30,152 nt of DNA, taken from IMG/VR virus record IMGVR_UViG_3300033489_000047, positions 1 to 30,152 of that record; one strand, 5' to 3'. Under the pieces are notes generated by a model. It saw only the letters and a program-made list of their open reading frames with translations, was not told the DNA's origin and made no database searches. Shown piece by piece: positions 14,600 to 23,641 of the stretch. The stretch is from a virus. Its lineage: Duplodnaviria; Caudoviricetes. Positions within the stretch are counted from its first letter, which is position 1; the number at the start of each line of letters is the position of its first letter. The translations under genes and the position numbers were made by a program.

Positions 14600-15511
14600 A
14601 TGACTGGTGTTATTACAACTGGCTCGCATCCAAAAGCGCTCTGGGAAGGCATACGTAAGTGGTGGGGCCGCGAATATGGCAAGCACCCGAAATTCCACAT
14701 GGAAATGTTCGAGGTCGGCGGCTCCAACAAGGCCTATGAAGAGGATGTCGAAACAACCGGCTTTGGCCTCGCGCCAGTAAAAGCGCAGGCCGCCGACATC
14801 TCCTTCGACAGCGAGACGCAAGGAGCAACGCAGCGCTATACGCACGTCGCCTACGCCCTGGGTTACATGGTGTCGTACGAGGAGCAAAAAGACAATCTCT
14901 ATGAGATCGTGTCCCGGCGCCGCTCGGCCGCACTGGCGTTTTCGATGGAGACCACGCGGCAGATCATCGCCGCCAACTTCTTCAATCGCGGCTTCAACTC
15001 CTCCTACACGTTCGCCGATGGCAAAGAGGCGTTTGCGACCGATCACGCGACCGTCGATGGCACGCAGAGCAACGAACTAAATCCGTCTGCGGACTTCTCT
15101 GAAGCGGCACTGGAAGACCTCATCATTCAGATCATGAACGCGAAGAACAGCCGTGGGCTGAATATCGCGCTTCGGCCGGTTGATCTGCTGATACCGACCG
15201 CCTTGAATTTCGAAGCAATCCGTGTGCTGAAGTCGGAATTCCAGAACGACACGGCCAACAATGCCGTGAACGCCATCCGCACGGCGGGGCTTCTCGGCAA
15301 GGCGCCAATCGTCAATCCGTATTTCACGGACACAGACGCCTGGTTCGTCAAAACCAACTGCCCGAACGGATGGCAGTTCATCAACCGCGAGGAAATGTCG
15401 TTCGACCAGGACAACGACTTCAACAGCAAGAACCTGAAGGCGGCGGCGTATATGCGCTTTGTCGCCGGGCACACCGACTTCCGCGGCGGCTACGCTTCTG
15501 CGGGCGCATAA
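14600..15511 (+). CDS. Major capsid protein
   Basis: 303 aa with strong RBS; motifs ITTGSHPKALW, AYEED, FADGK...DH and NPYFTDTDAWF are typical of HK97-fold capsids of this group. Confidence 0.88.
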   Translation: MTGVITTGSHPKALWEGIRKWWGREYGKHPKFHMEMFEVGGSNKAYEEDVETTGFGLAPVKAQAADISFDSETQGATQRYTHVAYALGYMVSYEEQKDNLYEIVSRRRSAALAFSMETTRQIIAANFFNRGFNSSYTFADGKEAFATDHATVDGTQSNELNPSADFSEAALEDLIIQIMNAKNSRGLNIALRPVDLLIPTALNFEAIRVLKSEFQNDTANNAVNAIRTAGLLGKAPIVNPYFTDTDAWFVKTNCPNGWQFINREEMSFDQDNDFNSKNLKAAAYMRFVAGHTDFRGGYASAGA

Positions 15512-15537
15512 TTAAGCCTCACATCAACGTCTGAAAC

Positions 15538-15591
15538 CGGCGCGCAGTAGGGACGACCGTCATCCCTGGCTGCTCCTGCTGCTGCGCGCCG
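15538..15591 (+). other. Intergenic stem-loop after the capsid gene, no U tract
   Basis: CGGCGCGCAGTAG pairs with CTGCTGCGCGCCG (one G-U pair). Confidence 0.55.
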
Positions 15592-15611
15592 TCCAATCCG
15601 GAGAATTTCCT

Positions 15612-16601
15612 ATGACAACTTTCGGCGACATGCTTTTCAGCATGGGCGGCGTTCCGCATCTGCCCAACATTCCATTCGGCCGCGTCTCGAAACCGTGGTT
15701 CGTAGCGCCTGGCACTGATGCGGGCGGCAGCGATGGCCACCGGGGTGATAAAGTCTCCCGGCCGTTCGCAACGCTTGCCCAGGCGCAAAGTGTGGCCACA
15801 GCCGACCACAACGACACCGTGTTCATGCTGGCCTCGTCGAACACCGCAGCCAACACCACCGACTACCAGTCTACCGCGCTCGACTGGGCGAAGGACGGCG
15901 TGCACCTGATCGGCGTCAATGCGGGCGGTGCCGTTGCCCAGCGCTCGCGCATCGCGCAACTTTCCACAGCCACCAACGTCGATAATCTGTTCACGGTCAG
16001 CGCCGATAACTGCCTGATCGCAAACATCCATGTTTTCCACGGTGTTAACGACGCCACATCGAAAGGCGCCGTATTGGTCAGCGGCTCGCGCAATCGCTTC
16101 TACAATTGCCACTTCGCGGGCATCGGACACGACGCCATGGACACGGCCGCGAATTATTCGTTGTCGCTAACGGGGTCGGAAAACCTGTTTGAGCGCTGTG
16201 TGATCGGTCTCGATACCATCGCGCGCGGCACTGCCGCCACCTACGAGATGAGCCTCTCGGGCGGCGCGACACGCAACTGGTTCAAGGACTGCATCATCGA
16301 GTCCTACGCCGAGGCGGCCGGTTTTGCCTTCCTGAATGTCGGCGCGACGGGCATCGACCGCTGGACCATCTTTGAGAACTGCCTGTTCGTGAACGCCATC
16401 CAGTCGGCGGCCACCACCATGACGGAAGCCCTTGCCGTGGCGGCTGGCACCAGTCCGGGCGGCATGATCATGCTGCGCAACTGCACGCTGATCGGTGCGA
16501 CTGATTGGGAGACGACCGGCGTATCCGGCCGCGTCTACATCGATGGCGCCGCCCCCACCGCCGCCACGTCTGGTCTCGCTGTCGCTGTCGCGGCAGCGTA
16601 A
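15612..16601 (+). CDS. Right-handed beta-helix (pectin lyase-like) virion protein
   Basis: G..SRPFATLAQA N-terminal motif and repeated N.F.NC.F / F..C.I beta-helix coils. Confidence 0.7.
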   Translation: MTTFGDMLFSMGGVPHLPNIPFGRVSKPWFVAPGTDAGGSDGHRGDKVSRPFATLAQAQSVATADHNDTVFMLASSNTAANTTDYQSTALDWAKDGVHLIGVNAGGAVAQRSRIAQLSTATNVDNLFTVSADNCLIANIHVFHGVNDATSKGAVLVSGSRNRFYNCHFAGIGHDAMDTAANYSLSLTGSENLFERCVIGLDTIARGTAATYEMSLSGGATRNWFKDCIIESYAEAAGFAFLNVGATGIDRWTIFENCLFVNAIQSAATTMTEALAVAAGTSPGGMIMLRNCTLIGATDWETTGVSGRVYIDGAAPTAATSGLAVAVAAA

Positions 16602-16603
16602 TC

Positions 16604-16819
16604 ATGCCCGCACCAGCCAAATCCGCGAAGTCCCGCGCTGGTAAGGACTGGATCGCCGGGGCGATTGGAAAGCCCGGCGCTCTTCACAAGCAGATGGGCA
16701 TCAAGTCCAGCAAGAAAATCCCGGCCGCAAAACTCGCTGCGGCCGCTGGCAAAGGTGGCCTTCTCGGTCAGCGTGCCCGGCTTGCGCAGACGCTCGGCAA
16801 GCTGGGCAAAGGCAAATAA
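16604..16819 (+). CDS. Small basic protein (71 aa)
   Basis: KDWIAGAIGKPGALH...KIPAAKL...LGQRARLAQTL; Lys-rich pattern recalled from other phage head modules. Confidence 0.75.
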   Translation: MPAPAKSAKSRAGKDWIAGAIGKPGALHKQMGIKSSKKIPAAKLAAAAGKGGLLGQRARLAQTLGKLGKGK

Positions 16820-16853
16820 TTCCCCCCTCACATCCTTTGACTAGAGGCATCAC

Positions 16854-17381
16854 ATGCTTTCTTCTCCCGACTGGTTCGTTGAACACGCCCGCTTGGGCAA
16901 CATGTACCATTCCTGCTCGACGGGCGCCGTCACGCTCTCGACGGTCAGCGCCACTTGCACGGGGTTGGTGCTTTCCAACCCCTATGGCTCCCGCAAAAAG
17001 CTCGTTGTGGCCAAGTGCCGCTTCGTTCCATCGACGGCACCGGCGGGCGTTGCCGTTGTCGGCCTCGCCATCAGCGCCGCCGTATCCGTGACAGCCGTCA
17101 CGCACACCACACCAGCCGTCATCCATAACGCCATCGCAACCGGTAGCAACGTGGATACCGGTGTTGGCTTGGTCGACTCGGCCGCCACACTTCCCGCCGC
17201 GCCGGTATGGTTGCGCCCGATCAGCGGCGTTGCTGCGGCGTCCTCGATCACGCCGGGCATGTATGTGGATGAGACGAGAGGCGAAATCATCCTGCCGCCC
17301 GGCACGAATCTTTCCTTCTCCTATCTGACTACGGCGGCCATCGGCATTGCCGCTTTCACATGGGTCGAAATCGACGAATAA
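16854..17381 (+). CDS. Hypothetical virion structural protein
   Basis: GAGG RBS; Ala/Thr/Val-rich; in operon. Confidence 0.7.
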   Translation: MLSSPDWFVEHARLGNMYHSCSTGAVTLSTVSATCTGLVLSNPYGSRKKLVVAKCRFVPSTAPAGVAVVGLAISAAVSVTAVTHTTPAVIHNAIATGSNVDTGVGLVDSAATLPAAPVWLRPISGVAAASSITPGMYVDETRGEIILPPGTNLSFSYLTTAAIGIAAFTWVEIDE

Positions 17382-17394
17382 TAGAGGCCTGGTC

Positions 17395-17793
17395 ATGGCG
17401 CAACTTGCAGTTACGAAAATCATCGACGGCCCTCGCAACGCGGTTGTCCATGTCTCGATTTCTGGCGATGGCAGCGGGGATTTGGCGGACGAGATCATCA
17501 TCGATCCCGCCGCGTTCCAAATTCCCCTGCCACCCGTTCCAGCGTTGAAAATCACTGAAGTCTGGTACGATCTGAGCGGGTTCAACGCGTTCCTGGAGTT
17601 CGACTATCTGACGAGCGACACGCCCATCTGGACGATGTCCGGCGGACAGGGAAACTATGTCAATTTCGATTATTTCGGCGGCCTCTCGGATCGTTCCAAC
17701 GAACTTGACGGCACGGGGCAGATCAAACTGACCACCACCGGGTTAACGGCGGGGGCTTTGGGGACACTGATACTCTCGATAAAGAAAAGCTGA
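17395..17793 (+). CDS. Hypothetical virion structural protein
   Basis: GAGG RBS before MAQLAVTKIIDGPRNAVV. Confidence 0.7.
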   Translation: MAQLAVTKIIDGPRNAVVHVSISGDGSGDLADEIIIDPAAFQIPLPPVPALKITEVWYDLSGFNAFLEFDYLTSDTPIWTMSGGQGNYVNFDYFGGLSDRSNELDGTGQIKLTTTGLTAGALGTLILSIKKS

Positions 17794-17795
17794 CC

Positions 17796-18041
17796 ATGGC
17801 GCTGCGCAACGGCTGGAAGCTTGGTGACTGGCTCTATGTCTGCCAGCGCTGCGGCTTCACAAAATATGGCAGCGAAATTCGTAGGGAGTGGACAGGGCTG
17901 CACGTCTGCGAATCCTGCTGGGAGCCTCGGCACCCGCAAGACTACGTGCGCGGCCGCAGTGACGATCAGACCGTGCCTTACGCCAACCCGCCAACAAACG
18001 TCTTTCTCGCCCCTGGCGATGTGACGCCGGAGGATTTATGA
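17796..18041 (+). CDS. Small Zn-ribbon protein
   Basis: CQRCGF...VCESCWEPRHPQ. Confidence 0.75.
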   Translation: MALRNGWKLGDWLYVCQRCGFTKYGSEIRREWTGLHVCESCWEPRHPQDYVRGRSDDQTVPYANPPTNVFLAPGDVTPEDL

Positions 18042-18724
18042 CGCTTTCCGGCTCCTACGATTTCTCGCTGACGGCGCGCGAAGTCGTGACTTACAGCCTG
18101 CAAAAGCTCAACGTTTTGCCGCTGACGCAGACGCTCGACGCCGACGAAGCCGCAGCCGCCATGCAAGAGCTGAACCTCATGCTCAAGAGCTGGCAGCGGA
18201 AGGGGCCGCATTTATGGAAAAAAAGCGAGGGCACCATCACCATGGTGTCGGCGACGTCGTCTTATGATCTGACGGCGACACTCAATCCGCTGCGCATCCT
18301 CGGGCTGCGATATCGCAACAGCAGCAGCACCGATCTGCCGATGCGGAGCTTCACCCGTGAGCAATATTTCGATCTGCCGGTCAAGACTTCTGGCGGCAAT
18401 CCGACGCAGTTCTATTTCGATCCGCAGCGCGGCGCGCCGACGCTCTATGTCTGGCCGGTGCAGGCGACCGTAACCACGGAGACGCTGCGCTGTACCTACC
18501 AAAAGCGCATCGACGATGTTGACGATCTGGCGAACGACATCGACGTGCCACAGGAGCATCTCGAAACGGTGGGCTACGGATTGGCGGCGCGTCTGCTGGA
18601 CAGCTACGGCATCGAGGGCGAGGTGGCGCAGCGTGTGCTGATGCGCGCCGCCGAGCTGGCCGAAGAAGCGATGGATTGGGAGCGCGAGGACATCATTCGC
18701 TTCGTGCCGGATCGCGCCCGATGA
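18038..18724 (+). CDS. Head-tail adaptor (P22 gp4-like position)
   Basis: LNLMLKSW...G.HLW and P..FYFD...LYVWP motifs; precedes the gp10-like gene. Confidence 0.7.
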   Translation: MTLSGSYDFSLTAREVVTYSLQKLNVLPLTQTLDADEAAAAMQELNLMLKSWQRKGPHLWKKSEGTITMVSATSSYDLTATLNPLRILGLRYRNSSSTDLPMRSFTREQYFDLPVKTSGGNPTQFYFDPQRGAPTLYVWPVQATVTTETLRCTYQKRIDDVDDLANDIDVPQEHLETVGYGLAARLLDSYGIEGEVAQRVLMRAAELAEEAMDWEREDIIRFVPDRAR

Positions 18725-20169
18725 GCACACCGCTGCCGCTCTTGCTGCCATCGGCAACCACACGCGGCCGTGACGGCCAGGTGGCTGGCGCGCGATTGAT
18801 CAACGGCTACACCGAGATTAACGGCGACCAAGGCAAGACCCCTTTCGCGCTTTACGGCGTGCCAGGCCTCACGCGCTGGGACACCGGCACATACACGGGC
18901 ATCGAGCGCGGGCTGATTGAGCTGTCGTCGTCGCAGATGATCGCCTTTCTCGGCAACCAGGTAATCGGGTTCGATAGCGAGGGCGGCGCCACGGCGCTTG
19001 CAACGCTTGTTGGCTCTGGGCGTCTGTTTCTGGCCGTGAACCGCGCCGATCCGCCTGAAATCGGCATCGTCACGTCTTCCGGGCAGTATTTCGTCATGCA
19101 ATCCGGCGTTATCACGGCCAGTGCGGATGCGGATTTACCGGCGCCGAATTCCATAGATTATTTGAAGGGGCGGTTCCTGTTCGGTATCGCTTCGGGCCTG
19201 GTCTATTGCTCCGATGCCGACGCAGGGACGGCAATCAACGCGCTGGCATTCGGCGAAATCAACTCCAGCTCCGACGGCCTGGTGCGCGTCTTCAGCAACG
19301 CGGGGTTCGGCTATTTCTTTGGCACCAAAAGCCTCGAAATTTGGCAGGCCGACGCCTCGCTGGCCGGGCAGCCGTTTCCTTTCTCGCCGGTGCAGCAGGA
19401 CATCGAACTCGGGCTGACGGGGCCGCACACCGTCGCCAAATTCGAGAAGGCGCTGATCTGGGTCGATCACAACGGCATCGTGCGCTATGGCCGCGATGGC
19501 GCGGCGGAACGGGCGTCAAACCATGCCGTTGAGCGCGCCATCGCCGGGCTGACCGAGGTGGAGAAATCGGAAATGGTCGGCTCGACGCATGCTTTCCATG
19601 GCCATGAGGTCTACACCCTGAAGGGCGCGAATTTCACCTACTGCCTCGACATCGCCATGGCTCGCAAAGCCGGGCTTGAGAACGCCTGGTATGAGCGCAA
19701 AACCTATGGCCTCGACCGCTGGCAGGTGAATTCATCGTTGCTGTTCGCTGGCAAATACATCATGGGCAACGAGACAGACGGCGCTCTCTATTACCTCAAT
19801 CCGGATGCCTACACCGAGGCGGGCGCCGAACTGGTGTTCGAGGCGCATTGCCCGCACAGCCATAAATTCCCGTACCGAATGATCGTCGATGCCGTCGAGG
19901 TCGATGTCGTGTCGGGTGTGGGCCTGAATTCCACGACTGACTCTGATGCTAACCCGGAATTGATGGTGGATTACTCCGACGATGGCGGCAAAACGTTTCG
20001 CGGCGAGCGGCGGCAGTCCATCGGGCGTCTCGGCGAATATGATCAAACGGTGAGACTCAACCGCTGGGGGCGGTGCACCAAGAAGGGGAGAATCTGGCGC
20101 TTCCGGGCATCGGCCGCAGTGCTCAAGGCGTTGACGCAGGCCTATATTCACGCGAGGCCGACGCGCTAA
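18721..20169 (+). CDS. Packaged-DNA stabilisation / tail nozzle protein (P22 gp10-like)
   Basis: Beta-propeller-like sequence; FFGTKSLEIW and C-terminal YSDDGGKTF...SIGRLGEY...RWG...RIWRFR. Confidence 0.85.
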   Translation: MSTPLPLLLPSATTRGRDGQVAGARLINGYTEINGDQGKTPFALYGVPGLTRWDTGTYTGIERGLIELSSSQMIAFLGNQVIGFDSEGGATALATLVGSGRLFLAVNRADPPEIGIVTSSGQYFVMQSGVITASADADLPAPNSIDYLKGRFLFGIASGLVYCSDADAGTAINALAFGEINSSSDGLVRVFSNAGFGYFFGTKSLEIWQADASLAGQPFPFSPVQQDIELGLTGPHTVAKFEKALIWVDHNGIVRYGRDGAAERASNHAVERAIAGLTEVEKSEMVGSTHAFHGHEVYTLKGANFTYCLDIAMARKAGLENAWYERKTYGLDRWQVNSSLLFAGKYIMGNETDGALYYLNPDAYTEAGAELVFEAHCPHSHKFPYRMIVDAVEVDVVSGVGLNSTTDSDANPELMVDYSDDGGKTFRGERRQSIGRLGEYDQTVRLNRWGRCTKKGRIWRFRASAAVLKALTQAYIHARPTR

Positions 20170-20694
20170 ATGGTCAACATCCCCACAGCAGATTTGCCAA
20201 TCGTGAACCCGCAGACGGGCCGCATTGATTTGAACTGGTATGCCGCGCTTCGGGCGCTGGCAGGCAGCGGCGGCACCTCGACCGCTAGCGAAACCACTGA
20301 AGGCACGGTCGAAATGGCGACCGATGCCGAGATAAGAGCCGCTACCACTGGCGCGAAGGCCATCATGGCCGAAGACCTCGAAACAGCAGCCGCAGCAGTG
20401 GCGCTTACCGATGCCGCAACCGTCGCCGTGGACTGGGACACGGGCATAAACTTCTCGTTGACGATCACGGCAAACCGGGCAATCGGCAACCCGACCAACG
20501 GGCAGCCCGGAACATGGCGCACCATCCTGGTGCAGGGAAATGATGCCACCGATCGGACGATCACGTTCGGAGCGAACTATCTCGGGGATACGCCGACGAT
20601 AATCGATTGCGATAACGCGAAATGGTATCTGCTTTCAGTGTACTGCGTAAGCAGCACGCACTTTGTCGTCTCCTCCAAAGTGGCGCACACATGA
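20170..20694 (+). CDS. Tail-associated protein with a fibre-type repeat
   Basis: ASETTEGTVEMATDAE repeat motif followed by a LTDAATVAVD...NPTN beta domain. Confidence 0.7.
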   Translation: MVNIPTADLPIVNPQTGRIDLNWYAALRALAGSGGTSTASETTEGTVEMATDAEIRAATTGAKAIMAEDLETAAAAVALTDAATVAVDWDTGINFSLTITANRAIGNPTNGQPGTWRTILVQGNDATDRTITFGANYLGDTPTIIDCDNAKWYLLSVYCVSSTHFVVSSKVAHT

Positions 20695-21329
20695 ACTTCC
20701 TTCCGGGGTGGAGTGTAGGGGCGGCAGCGCGCTCTCCGGTAAATATATCCTACGTAAGCCACGCAACCAACGACACAGGCGCCGCCACATACACTTACAC
20801 AAACCAAGATATCGGCGCGGCATCCTATGACCGTCTCGTTGTCGTTCACGTTGCCAATGCTGTTGCTGGCACTATAACTGGCGTCACAATCGGCGGAAGT
20901 GCCGCAACGAATGCGGCGAATACCACGGGAACATCCACACGGACATCGTTGTGGTATCTGCGAGTGCCGACGGGAACCACAGCGACAATCGTCGTCAGTT
21001 TCTCCGGCGCCATCAACAGGTGTCACATCCAGGTTTTGCGCGTTACCAGGCAGTCGTCCGACACGCCGTTCGATACCGCCGCGCCCGCAGGCGGCGGCGA
21101 CGCTTCGCGGACGATCACGATTGATGCGCCTGCGAGTGGCGGCATTATCGCCGCTGCAATCGGCAATGCTGGCTCTGTGACATTCACCAATGCCACCGAG
21201 TTAGACGACGTAACGGCTGCCTTCGATACGCTGGCTTGCGGGAAGTACATCACGCCGGTAAACACCGAATTGGGGCGGATTATCACAGTGAACCCATGCA
21301 GAGCCATATGCGGCGCCGCATGGGCATGA
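20691..21329 (+). CDS. Putative tail tip/receptor-binding accessory protein
   Basis: ATGA overlap; Thr/Ala/Gly-rich beta-sandwich-like sequence. Confidence 0.65.
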   Translation: MNFLPGWSVGAAARSPVNISYVSHATNDTGAATYTYTNQDIGAASYDRLVVVHVANAVAGTITGVTIGGSAATNAANTTGTSTRTSLWYLRVPTGTTATIVVSFSGAINRCHIQVLRVTRQSSDTPFDTAAPAGGGDASRTITIDAPASGGIIAAAIGNAGSVTFTNATELDDVTAAFDTLACGKYITPVNTELGRIITVNPCRAICGAAWA

Positions 21330-21339
21330 GGATGTTCCG

Positions 21340-21777
21340 ATGATCCGCAAGGCAACTATCGCGGATATTGATGAGTTGGTTCTATTTTCCAAAGGTTTCA
21401 TTGAAACCGGAGAATACTGGGGAACGCGAAAGGCGTTCTCTTCTGAAACATTCGAGGCTCACTTACGCAAAATTATTGAGTCTCCGTTAGCAGGGTGTTT
21501 TGTAGGTGTTGGCGCGCGCCACGAAATTATAGGAGCTATCGCAGTGGCCATTTTGCCGGATATATTGTCTGGCGGTTTTACTGCGGTTAAACTGCATTGG
21601 ATGGCCAAGCCATCGCATATTGGAATCGGCATGAGGTTGCTTCTTCGCGCCGAGGTCTGGGCAAAAAAGAACGGAGCAACTGATTTCTATATTTCAGCAA
21701 TAAACAATAGCGGCGAAGCGCTGTTGGCACGGCTAAAGTTAGAACGCATGGAAGTTGTGTATAGAAAGGCTCTATAA
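21340..21777 (+). CDS. GNAT-fold acetyltransferase-like protein
   Basis: MIRKATIADI start and HIGIGMRLLLRAEVWAKKNGA motif; AT-richer than flanks. Confidence 0.8.
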   Translation: MIRKATIADIDELVLFSKGFIETGEYWGTRKAFSSETFEAHLRKIIESPLAGCFVGVGARHEIIGAIAVAILPDILSGGFTAVKLHWMAKPSHIGIGMRLLLRAEVWAKKNGATDFYISAINNSGEALLARLKLERMEVVYRKAL

Positions 21778-22454
21778 TGGGAATCGAAATTGCGATACTG
21801 GCCGCTGCCGCCGTTAGTGCCGGATCGCAAGCCTATGGTTCCGCCCAGGCGGCAAAGGGTCAGAAAAAAGCAGCCGCCGCGATGGCGTCGCAGCAGCAGC
21901 GCAACGAAGAGTTGTTGGCACCTTACACAATGGCGGGCCAAAACGCCCTCGGCACCTACGAAGCAGCCACGGGCCTAAAGGGTGCTGCCGCTCAGGCCGA
22001 ATACTACAAAAACTTTCAGACCGATCCGGGTTGGCTGGCAGCTCAAGAGGCGGGCGCAAGCACAGTCAACGACAAATACCGGCTGAGCGGTCAGGGCGGC
22101 GGCAACGTGCGGGCCGCGCTCTACGATTACGGCCAGCGCAACATGCTCGGCGCCTATAACACGCGGCTATCGCAGATTGGCGGCGTGGTCGATACCGGCC
22201 GGAGCGCGGCCAGTTCGTTGGCTGGCGTGGGGACGCAGGCGGCGGGCGCGCAGGGTAATTTTCTCGCCAATGCCGGGATGGTCCAGGGCCAGGGCATTAC
22301 CGGCGCGGGCAATGCGCTGGCGGGCGGCCTTAACAATATCGGCAGCTACAACATGTGGGAGCAGGGCCGTCAAGCTGGTAGCAACCCAGCGGTGAGCACC
22401 ATTTACGGCATGACCGGTACCACCGGCAACAATGCATGGAGGTATTTTCAGTAA
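21777..22454 (+). CDS. DNA transfer/ejection protein (P22 gp7-like)
   Basis: Ala/Gly/Gln-rich; LAPYTMAGQNAL...FQTDPG pattern; first gene of the ejection cluster. Confidence 0.75.
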   Translation: MGIEIAILAAAAVSAGSQAYGSAQAAKGQKKAAAAMASQQQRNEELLAPYTMAGQNALGTYEAATGLKGAAAQAEYYKNFQTDPGWLAAQEAGASTVNDKYRLSGQGGGNVRAALYDYGQRNMLGAYNTRLSQIGGVVDTGRSAASSLAGVGTQAAGAQGNFLANAGMVQGQGITGAGNALAGGLNNIGSYNMWEQGRQAGSNPAVSTIYGMTGTTGNNAWRYFQ

Positions 22455-23641
22455 TGCCAACCGGCGGACTCCTGCAACCCTATATCCCCGACGTGTCCGA
22501 TTGGTTCAAAGCGGCCAATCAGGGCTACGCCCTCGGCGACACCATCCGCAACCGCGATCTTTCGGTGCAGGCCGGTCAGCAGGCTGCCAGTGGCAACATG
22601 CTTGGCGCGCGCTCGACGCTTTATGGCGGCGGCAACTTCGAGGCGGCACGGGGCATCGACACCCACCAGAAATCCATGGAAGCGGCGACGCGGGCGGCTT
22701 CCAACGATCAACTGGCGCGAGCACTGAAAGTGCAGGGCGCACTCGCCGATGTCGCGCATGCCATCACCACGCCCGAAGAGTTCGAGGCGGCAAAGGGCAC
22801 GCTGGCCAAGGCCGGGCTGCCGGGAGTGGACAAATACAACTTCGCCGATCTGCCGACGCTGCGGGCGCAGGCGTTGGATATCAAGACAAAGCTGGAATTG
22901 GCGCTGAAGGAACGGGCGCTGGAAAGCGGGAGCGGGAAGCTGCCGGATCGGGCAAAAATAGCTCGCGAAGGCGGACTGACGCCAGGAACGCCAGAATATC
23001 AGCAATTTTTGTTGCATGGCCCAGAGAAAGCTGCGGCAAAACCAGAAAACGAACAAAAGTTGCGTGCCGACTACGTTAATCAGACCAAAACATTCCGCGA
23101 TGTTCAGCACGGGCTTAAGCGCGTTGAAGTTGGTAGCAGCAGCAATAGTGGTGCTGGCGATATGGCTCTTGTCTACGGGTTCATGAAGCTAAATGACCCA
23201 ACGTCTGTGGTCAGGGAATCTGAATATTCGATGGCTGAGAATATTGGCTCCGTTCCCGAACGCTGGCGTAGTGCAGTGCAGCGCATGCTGACGGGCGAAC
23301 GACTGCCGCCGCGTGTCCGGGAAGAAATGGCTGGTATTTCTCGCAAATTGGTTGAGCCACATATGCAACAGCAGCAAATAATTGCCCAGCAATACCGAGG
23401 AATTGCCGAACGTAGCGGCATTGACCCGCGAAACGTATTGGTAGATTACGGGTTTGGTGAAACCAACAAGCCAGTGCCTTCTGGCGGTTTCGGAACGATG
23501 CTTGATCGTTCCGCCACACCAAAAGGGGTTGCTGGTGCTGCTGTCGATCTGCGACACGATACCGAGGGCGTGCAATATGCGAAGCTCCCATCCGGCGCCC
23601 GCTTTATTGCCCCGGATGGCTCGGAACGGATTAAACCTTGA
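22454..23641 (+). CDS. DNA transfer/ejection protein 2
   Basis: TAATG coupling; helical; GDMALVYGFMKLNDPTSVVRESE motif. Confidence 0.7.
   Translation: MPTGGLLQPYIPDVSDWFKAANQGYALGDTIRNRDLSVQAGQQAASGNMLGARSTLYGGGNFEAARGIDTHQKSMEAATRAASNDQLARALKVQGALADVAHAITTPEEFEAAKGTLAKAGLPGVDKYNFADLPTLRAQALDIKTKLELALKERALESGSGKLPDRAKIAREGGLTPGTPEYQQFLLHGPEKAAAKPENEQKLRADYVNQTKTFRDVQHGLKRVEVGSSSNSGAGDMALVYGFMKLNDPTSVVRESEYSMAENIGSVPERWRSAVQRMLTGERLPPRVREEMAGISRKLVEPHMQQQQIIAQQYRGIAERSGIDPRNVLVDYGFGETNKPVPSGGFGTMLDRSATPKGVAGAAVDLRHDTEGVQYAKLPSGARFIAPDGSERIKP

Noticed and set aside
12407-15046. Long antisense ORFs (12407..13195, 12508..13389, 13937..15046 and similar)
   Set aside because: Shadow frames of high-GC structural genes with no motifs or RBS.
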